From: a bacterium
GTDB taxonomy: Bacteria > UBA8248
Direction of reading: 5' to 3'
Length of the DNA: 64,000 nucleotides
Assembly: GCA_965221165.1 (NCBI GenBank)
Contig: CBDCRP010000003.1
Location: 1,760,001-1,824,000 of the forward strand
Shown here piece after piece: positions 57,558-64,000 of the stretch (its first letter is position 1; the number at the start of each line of letters is the position of its first letter). Under the pieces are notes generated by a model. That model was given only the letters and a program-made list of their open reading frames with translations, had not been told where the DNA came from and did not search any database. The position numbers were made by a program, and so were the translations under genes.

Positions 57558-58733
57558 TTAAAAATACTTCATTGTGCGGATACGCTGCGCCTGGTTGGTG
57601 CCGGCCGAGTGGAGGAAGCTGATGACGTCGCGCAGGTATTTCTCCATCGGCGCGTCCGTCATGTAGCCCGTTCCGCCCCAGACCTCGAGAGCGCGCGTGG
57701 CGATGCGGAAGCCTGCTTCCGAAGTGTAAGCCTTGGCCATGTAGCCCAGCTTGGGGTCGTAGTTATCGCGCATCGCCCGCCAGGCGGCGTAGTGGAGCAA
57801 CCGGCGCGAAGCCTCGTACTCGACGAAGCAATCCGCCAGCATGAAGCCCACGCCCTGGTGCTCGATGATGGGTTTTCCGCCCTGGATTCTCGTTTTGGCG
57901 AATTCGAGCGCGTCCTCATAGGCGGCGCGGGCCGGCCCTAAGTTCGTGGCGGCGGATTCGATGACCGAACCTCGTGAAAATGGACCCGAACGGGCCGCCA
58001 CGCCCCCGCCGACCGGCGTGACGCGGTAGTCGTCCGAAACGCGGCAATTCTCGAATATGAGTTCCGCGTTTTGCGAGAGCTGCTGGCCCATCTTCTCGTG
58101 GATCTTGCCGATGGAAAACCCCGCCATTTCCGGCGTCACCATGAAGTAGGTGACGCCTTGGGAGACGCCGACGGTGGGATCGGTGCGGCATACGAGCACA
58201 TAGAGCTTGGCGATGCCCCCGTTGCTGATGTAGTGCTTCTTGCCGTTGATAATCCAGTCTTCTCCGTCTCGCACCGCGCTCGTGCGGACACCGAGTCCGG
58301 GGCCTTCTTCGGGGATGAAGTTTTCAGAACCCACTTCGGGCTCCGTCATCCCGACGGCGAGGTGAAAGCGGTGATCCTCCAGAAACGCGGGCAGAAATTT
58401 TTCGCGCTGTTCCTCGTTCCAGACGATGTCGAGAAAATGGATCACTTTCCAGGTCTGGTCGAAGGTGACGGCCACGCCCAAATCCCCCCAGCCGATCTCC
58501 TCCCCCACGATGCAAAGCGTCAGTATGTCTGCCCCGCCGCCGCCTATCTCCTCGGGGATGGAGAGCGTCCGTAAGCCGAGCCTGCTCCCGGTCTCGAGAA
58601 TATCCCAGGGGAATCTCTCGCCCGGGTCCGTGATGCGCTCACGCTCGCGCACGTGTGGCCTTAGTTCGTTTTTGGCGTAATCGTGCGCCAGTTTTTGGAG
58701 TTTTAATTGCTCTTCGGTGAGAGTGAAATCCAT
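57558..58733 (-). CDS. Acyl-CoA dehydrogenase family protein (non-canonical active site)
   Basis: MTEPEVGS, INGKKHYISNG, KMG, RIQGGKPI, GGTGY; ends RDVISFLHSAGT. Confidence 0.9.
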   Translation of the reverse strand: MDFTLTEEQLKLQKLAHDYAKNELRPHVRERERITDPGERFPWDILETGSRLGLRTLSIPEEIGGGGADILTLCIVGEEIGWGDLGVAVTFDQTWKVIHFLDIVWNEEQREKFLPAFLEDHRFHLAVGMTEPEVGSENFIPEEGPGLGVRTSAVRDGEDWIINGKKHYISNGGIAKLYVLVCRTDPTVGVSQGVTYFMVTPEMAGFSIGKIHEKMGQQLSQNAELIFENCRVSDDYRVTPVGGGVAARSGPFSRGSVIESAATNLGPARAAYEDALEFAKTRIQGGKPIIEHQGVGFMLADCFVEYEASRRLLHYAAWRAMRDNYDPKLGYMAKAYTSEAGFRIATRALEVWGGTGYMTDAPMEKYLRDVISFLHSAGTNQAQRIRTMKYF

Positions 58734-58764
58734 CGCTTGCCTTTAAGTGTAGTTGAAAATGCGT

Positions 58765-59799
58765 CTAGTCCATCACGATTGCCGCGCGGCCCGTAATCGC
58801 GCCGGCTTCCAGGCGTTCGTGCACTTTCTCGGCTTCTTCGAGCCGGTAGGTTTCCGTGACCAGAGGCCAGACTTCTCCGCGCGCGCAAAGCTCGAGTGAT
58901 TCGATAATCTCCTGCTTGGTGAACGAGCGGCTGCCCATGACTTCGAGCTCTCCGTTCAGGAGGCTCCCGGCGGAGAGTCGGAACGGCCGGGGCGTGAAGC
59001 CGCCCAGCGTCACCAGGCGGCCCCCCTTGTCGAGGGCTTCGGCCGCGGCTTCGAGCGTGGTGTCCTGGGAGACGAAATCGACGACCACGTCCACGCCTAC
59101 GCCGCCCGTGAGTTCGAGCAGCGCCTCCGTCACGTTTTCCTTCGAGGCGTCGACGGTGGCTTCCGCCCCGAGTTCTTTGCACTGGGCCAGTTTTTGCTCG
59201 GAAACGTCCACGGCGATGACGCGCGCGTTCGCCCAGCGGGCGAGCATGACCATGTGGATCCCCACGCCGCCGCCCGCCCCGATGACGGCGACGGTCTCCA
59301 TCGGCTCAATCCTTGCGCGGCGCACCACCTTGTAGGGGGTGGCGATGGCGTCGCAGATGACGGCCGCCTCGGCGGGATGCGCCTTGTAGTCCAGCCCCTC
59401 CGGCAGGTGGACGTAGTTCTGCGCGGGGAGGTTGATGTATTCGGCATAACCGCCGTCGCGGTGCCTGCCGACGAAGCCGGCCATGTTGTCGCACAGTGGC
59501 TCCCTGTTCACCCGGCACCAGCGGCAATGCCCGCACGTGAGATAGCAGTGGAAGGTGACGACGTCTCCCGCCTTCACGTTCGATACCCCGGCGCCCGCCT
59601 CGACGATCTCGCCCACCACCTCGTGGCCGATTATCATGGGGTAGTCGATGTCCACGCGGCCCGCGCGCGCGTGGTGGATCGTGAGGCCCGAGCCGCAGGA
59701 GATGACGCGCGCCACGGCCTCGCCCTCTCCGGGCGCGGGGTCGGGCACGTCTTCAAAAGAAAAGGGCGCTCCTTTTTCTCTCAACACCATGGCCTTCAT
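58765..59799 (-). CDS. Zinc-binding (MDR) alcohol dehydrogenase
   Basis: GHE, CGHCRWC..C, GAGGGVG; start ATG 59799 after GAGGAGG. Confidence 0.92.
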   Translation of the reverse strand: MKAMVLREKGAPFSFEDVPDPAPGEGEAVARVISCGSGLTIHHARAGRVDIDYPMIIGHEVVGEIVEAGAGVSNVKAGDVVTFHCYLTCGHCRWCRVNREPLCDNMAGFVGRHRDGGYAEYINLPAQNYVHLPEGLDYKAHPAEAAVICDAIATPYKVVRRARIEPMETVAVIGAGGGVGIHMVMLARWANARVIAVDVSEQKLAQCKELGAEATVDASKENVTEALLELTGGVGVDVVVDFVSQDTTLEAAAEALDKGGRLVTLGGFTPRPFRLSAGSLLNGELEVMGSRSFTKQEIIESLELCARGEVWPLVTETYRLEEAEKVHERLEAGAITGRAAIVMD

Positions 59800-60006
59800 G
59801 CGAACCTCCTCTCGGGAGAACCTCCGCGCGTGATGCAAAGACGCGAATATGTGTGGTTGGTGGCGAACAATATATCGGTATTGTCCGGAAATGACTATAG
59901 CGAAGGAGCGGGAATGATGGGGGTGGGAATCGACGAAAACCCATTATATTTTACGAGTCGTTTGCCGTCTGGCCGGACGTACTTCACGGGAGTGGTGCTC
60001 CCTCGT

Positions 60007-60933
60007 TCAATCCTCTTCCAGGGCGGCCAAGGATTTCGCGGCCCAGTCGCAGCCCACCTGGCTCGCCCACAGGCCCATGAGCCGCTTGGTGACGGGGCCG
60101 GGCGCGCCGTGCGCCATCGGGGTTCCGTCGATCGAGGAGACCGGGAGGATGCAGATGCTGTTCCCGGTGTGAAAGGCCTCGTCTGCGATCAGCAGATCGT
60201 AGCGCGTGAGGTTGGTCTCGCGAACCGGGATGCCGAGTTCTTTCGCCATGTCGATAACGTGCGTGCGCGTGACGCCGACCAGGCAGTTGTGATCCGTAGG
60301 CGTGAGCAGTTCACCGTCTCTCACGAAAAAGCAGTTATAGCTCGAACCCTCGGCCACGAAGCCGTTGATGTCGAGCATGATGGGCCAGGCGCCCGCCTCC
60401 TGGGCCTGGAACTCGGCCTGCACGTGGTTCATCTTGTTGCCCACCTTGGCGCGCGGTTCGATGCACTCAGGGGGAATGCGGCGCACGCCGGTGACGACCG
60501 AGGGCACCCCCTCCCTGTAGCCGTGGGCGTAGCGCGCATAGTCCATCGGCAGGGTGAAGATGACCACCGTATGCGCCCCGTGCGTGTGGGAGGCGGCGGA
60601 GCTGACGCCGCCCCCTCGCGTCACCCAGTGGTTGATGCGGAATTCCTCTCCTTCGGCGTATACGCCGCGGTTTCTCTCGATGAGCTCCATGGTGAGGGCT
60701 TCCATCTCGTCCGCGCTCATGCCGGGGTCGAGCCGCGCATAGCGGCAGGAAAGATAGAGCCTGTCGATATGGCCCCTCAGATGCCAGGGCTGGCCGCCAA
60801 AGGTGCGCGATGCGTCGTACACGCTGTCGCCGTAGAGGAAGCCCCGATCCAGGATGGACACGTTCGCTTCTGCTTCCGGCACGAACCGGCCCTTGACGTA
60901 GGCGATTCTCTCACTCAATTTCGCATCCTCCAT
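60007..60933 (-). CDS. Aminotransferase class IV (BCAT/D-amino acid AT fold)
   Basis: DRGFLYGD, H..RL, PLP Lys in RAKVGN, EGSSYN, L.GVTR, ADEAF. Confidence 0.92.
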   Translation of the reverse strand: MEDAKLSERIAYVKGRFVPEAEANVSILDRGFLYGDSVYDASRTFGGQPWHLRGHIDRLYLSCRYARLDPGMSADEMEALTMELIERNRGVYAEGEEFRINHWVTRGGGVSSAASHTHGAHTVVIFTLPMDYARYAHGYREGVPSVVTGVRRIPPECIEPRAKVGNKMNHVQAEFQAQEAGAWPIMLDINGFVAEGSSYNCFFVRDGELLTPTDHNCLVGVTRTHVIDMAKELGIPVRETNLTRYDLLIADEAFHTGNSICILPVSSIDGTPMAHGAPGPVTKRLMGLWASQVGCDWAAKSLAALEED

Positions 60934-60966
60934 CGATTTGCATCATTGCGTCATTCATGATTTGTC

Positions 60967-62115
60967 TCAGAGCAGGTCCATGGCGGTGGAGCGCGCGGCG
61001 TGGCCCATGCCGAACCCGTGGGAAAAAGCCACGAGGTCGCGCACCAGTCTTTCCATGGGCGCTTCGGTCATATAGCCTGCGCCTCCCCATACCTCCATGG
61101 AACGCCGCGCGACGCGCTCGCACGATTCGGTGGCGAAGGCTTTTGCCAGAAAACTCCGCCAGGGGTCCGCGTCTTCATTTTTGTCCGCCGCCCAGGCCGC
61201 CGCCTGGAGGCTTCTTCTGGCGGCGTCTAGCTCCATGAGGTTATCACAAAGCATGAAGCCCACCGTCTGGTGTTCGATGATGGGTTTTCCTCCCTGCACG
61301 CGCTCACGGGCATGGTCGAGCGCGTGTTCGTGGGATTTTCTCGACGTTCCGACCGCCGCCGCCGCCGGGAGGATGCGGGTGGCGTGCGTGGCGTTTCGCC
61401 ATTCCTGGTCTGGACAATCGAGCGGATGATCGAGTTTCACATTTTCGAAGCGCAGGTTGACGTCCTGACAGGAGCGCATGCCCATCGAATCATGGTAGTG
61501 GGCGACCGCGATTCCTCCCTCCTTCTTGTTTTCCATCAGAAAAATCCGCCGCTCGCTCTCGTTTGTGGGGTTTGATTCCAGCAGATAAAGCCGGGCCGCG
61601 GCGCCATTGAGCACATGCCGCGCCAGGCCCTTAAGACGCCGGCCGTTCCCATCTCGCCTGATAGATGCGCCCTGGCGCGCACCGGACGGATAAGGGTTTT
61701 TATCTTCGGGTGTGGACGTTTCGCCGATTTTCACATGGGCCAGATGACATGCGTATGAGCCCGTGAAATTTTCTGTGAAGGCTTCTAAGTCCGCCTCGCC
61801 GCACAGGCGGGATATGGCGTTTGCGAGCGCCCAATCCTGTGCGTAGATGACGCCTACTCCCAAATCCCCCCAGCCGATCTCCTCCGCCACGAAGCACAGG
61901 CTCAGCAGATCGGCGCCGCCCCCGCCGTGGCTTTCAGGTACGGGGAGGGTGCACAGGCCCAGTGCGTCGCCTTTGTCCAGAATTTCTCCGGGAAAGCGGT
62001 TTTCCGGGTTTTTTTCCTGATCGAGCGCGTCGGTGTGCTGGGCGATTTCCTGACGTGCGAAATCGCGCGCCAGCCGCTGAAGCGCGAGAGAGGCCTCTCC
62101 GGGAGCGAAATCCAT
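60967..62115 (-). CDS. Divergent acyl-CoA dehydrogenase family protein
   Basis: EEIGWGDLGV, RVQGGKPIIEHQ, WGGAGYMTEAPMER shared with 57558-58733; lacks TEPxxGS; ends RDLVAFSHGFGM. Confidence 0.82.
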   Translation of the reverse strand: MDFAPGEASLALQRLARDFARQEIAQHTDALDQEKNPENRFPGEILDKGDALGLCTLPVPESHGGGGADLLSLCFVAEEIGWGDLGVGVIYAQDWALANAISRLCGEADLEAFTENFTGSYACHLAHVKIGETSTPEDKNPYPSGARQGASIRRDGNGRRLKGLARHVLNGAAARLYLLESNPTNESERRIFLMENKKEGGIAVAHYHDSMGMRSCQDVNLRFENVKLDHPLDCPDQEWRNATHATRILPAAAAVGTSRKSHEHALDHARERVQGGKPIIEHQTVGFMLCDNLMELDAARRSLQAAAWAADKNEDADPWRSFLAKAFATESCERVARRSMEVWGGAGYMTEAPMERLVRDLVAFSHGFGMGHAARSTAMDLL

Positions 62116-62154
62116 GCGCACAAACCCTTATAGAATACGAGGACCGGCTCGGAT

Positions 62155-63123
62155 TTAGTCGATGAGACCCACGCTCTTGAGATCCGATGCCAATTCCGCT
62201 TTTTCGTCCATGTTCAAGGGAATCATCGGCACGCGCGACGGGCCGCCGTGCATGCCCATCAGGTCCATCCAGTCCTTGAGGGCGGCGATGGGGAATGCTC
62301 CCCGCGCCCAGGGCGTCCAAAGCCATTTTTCGGCCACGCGGCGTATCGGGTTCATGGAATCACGCGCGGTCCAGGCTTCCTCGAGGTTCCCCTCATCGAT
62401 CAGGTCGGTGTATTTCTGCATGCCCAGATTGCCGGTGCGCTGTAAGAGAAACGGGTCGGGGCCGCTCATGTAGGTCTGCTGCTTGTGGTAGGCGCGGTTG
62501 AAGAACCACTGGGTCTCCATCGGGTCGCTCACGACGATGTCATCCCCCACGGCTTCGCGCACCTCGTCGCAGTGATATTTCGGCTGCGCGTTCTTGATGC
62601 AGCAGAGGTTCTCGTTGTCCTCGACGATTGCCTTGACCAGGGGCGCCGAGAGGGAATAGCCGGCCGCCGGCGTGTTGAACAAGGACACGCCGACCTCGAC
62701 GTTGCTGCAAAATTCCTTGAAAAACGCGCGGACGCGCTCGGGGATTCCCTGCGCGCCGAGGTAGGGATTCGCCAGAATCGCATAGGTGGCGCCCGCTTCT
62801 ATCGCCGCGTTGGTCAGCTCAATCGCCTCTTTGGCCGAGGTATGGCCGGTGTGCGCGATGATGGGCACGTCTCCCGCCTCGTCGCAGGCGATTTCCTGGC
62901 CTCTCAGGCGCTCTTCTTTCGTCAGGCACCAGAATTCACCGATCATCCCGCCGATGAAAAAGCCCTTGATGTCGAGATTGTCGATGTAGTGGCGGATGTC
63001 GGCGCGAAAACCCGCCTCGTCGATGTTGTCGTTTTCATCGAAGGGATAGGGGATGGCGGCCCAGATTCCCTTCATGTTCTCCTTGCAGTACGCGCGCGCG
63101 TCCGATTTCTTGTAAGAGGGCAT
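62155..63123 (-). CDS. DHDPS/NAL-family aldolase-like protein
   Basis: GIWAAIPYPF, GEFW.LT.EER, LFNTP, Lys in IKNA, R.P. Confidence 0.85.
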   Translation of the reverse strand: MPSYKKSDARAYCKENMKGIWAAIPYPFDENDNIDEAGFRADIRHYIDNLDIKGFFIGGMIGEFWCLTKEERLRGQEIACDEAGDVPIIAHTGHTSAKEAIELTNAAIEAGATYAILANPYLGAQGIPERVRAFFKEFCSNVEVGVSLFNTPAAGYSLSAPLVKAIVEDNENLCCIKNAQPKYHCDEVREAVGDDIVVSDPMETQWFFNRAYHKQQTYMSGPDPFLLQRTGNLGMQKYTDLIDEGNLEEAWTARDSMNPIRRVAEKWLWTPWARGAFPIAALKDWMDLMGMHGGPSRVPMIPLNMDEKAELASDLKSVGLID

Positions 63124-63171
63124 TACAGTCTCCTTTTCGGGTATGTGCCGAGAAACCTCGTCAGCTTCAGT

Positions 63172-64000
63172 TTACCATTCATCCTCACCGACGGGGGCGA
63201 GAAGCGGCGCGGCCTTGAGCTTCACCGCCTCGTTCGTGCCGAAGCCGTGCAGATAGCTCAGCACGTCGCGCCAGCATTTCTCGGGCGTCGGCCTGTCGTC
63301 GTGAAAGGTGGCGCCCGTCTTCCCCCAGATCTCCATCGCCATGCGGCAGACCTTGATGCCCGCCTCCGAGGCGAACACCTTGGACATGAGGCGGCGTTTC
63401 GAATCATCCGTCGGCTTTTCCGCATGCCATGCCGCAGAATACAGGTACGTCCGCGCCGCCTCAATCAGCATATACATTTCCGTGAGCGCCATCTGCGCCC
63501 ATTGCTCATCCGCCGCACCAGTTTCCTGCGCCGCCCGGCGCGCGAGATCGTACGCGAGGCGAGAGGGACCCATCACCGGAATGAGCGCGCCGCTCACCAT
63601 GCGCTTCAGGATGGAGAGACCGCCGTTCCACTCGCCGAAGAGATTATGCGCGGGCACGCGGCAGTTTCTGAGCACGAGTTCTCCGTTTTGCAGGAGGCGC
63701 CTGCCGAGCTTCGAGTGCGCCTCTCCGATTTCAAACCCTTGCGTGTCACGCGGCACGAGGAAGCAGGTGAGTCCCTCGCTCATCTTCTTCTCGGGCGCCG
63801 TGCGCGCGAAGATGAAGTAATATTTCGCCAGGCCGCCGTTCGAGATGTAGTGCTTCGTGCCGTTCAGGATGTAGAAATCACCCTCTCGTTTCGCCGTCAT
63901 ACGCGGGCCGGCGCCCGGTTCGTCGTGCATGAGGAAGGTGTCGGTTCCGCTTTGGGGTTCCGTGGTGGCGAGGGCGAGCAGGGCCCTCGGGTCGTTCATG
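63172..64000 (-). CDS. Acyl-CoA dehydrogenase family protein, 5' part outside window
   Basis: TTEPQSGTD, LNGTKHYISNGG, KLG.R; ends RDVLSYLHGFGT. Confidence 0.85.
   Translation of the reverse strand, partial: MNDPRALLALATTEPQSGTDTFLMHDEPGAGPRMTAKREGDFYILNGTKHYISNGGLAKYYFIFARTAPEKKMSEGLTCFLVPRDTQGFEIGEAHSKLGRRLLQNGELVLRNCRVPAHNLFGEWNGGLSILKRMVSGALIPVMGPSRLAYDLARRAAQETGAADEQWAQMALTEMYMLIEAARTYLYSAAWHAEKPTDDSKRRLMSKVFASEAGIKVCRMAMEIWGKTGATFHDDRPTPEKCWRDVLSYLHGFGTNEAVKLKAAPLLAPVGEDEW

Overview
High-GC bacterial chromosomal window, almost entirely transport and catabolism. In order: the 3' end of a histidine kinase (probably phoR) and a long-form pstSCAB-phoU operon with Pho-box-like 11-bp-periodic repeats; a YHS-family protein and a DinB-like protein; a TRAP transporter with dctP convergent on dctQM; an RraA/Zn-ADH arm divergent from a hydantoinase B/A - LLM - aryl-CoA ligase arm; NitT/TauT ABC, Liv-type ABC and two TctCBA transporters; LLM - transglutaminase-like - ALDH genes; MetE-like and MmgE/PrpD genes; a large amidase; and two convergent catabolic operons (BVMO, two DHDPS-like proteins, TPP enzyme, SnoaL protein, ADHs, cupin, ketopantoate-reductase-like protein, class IV aminotransferase, three acyl-CoA-dehydrogenase-fold proteins that all lack the MCAD-type catalytic Glu). 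Several elements are missed or split by the ORF track: (i) an antisense, lower-GC cassette between hyuB and hyuA with its own promoter, encoding a membrane-anchored coiled coil built from 14- and 18-residue tandem units; (ii) a 251-bp MITE with 15-bp TIRs and a 5-bp TSD nested inside a CGTC-type REP doublet; (iii) a decayed urease accessory locus (ureF C-terminal stub, frameshifted ureG, intact ureD, no ureABC in the window); (iv) a dense GTAG/CGTC REP cluster in which identical 52-bp repeats bracket a 5'-truncated higB and an intact higA. No rRNA, tRNA, CRISPR array, transposase or integrase was seen. Functional calls come from motif recognition by eye; no database searches were run and substrates are unknown.
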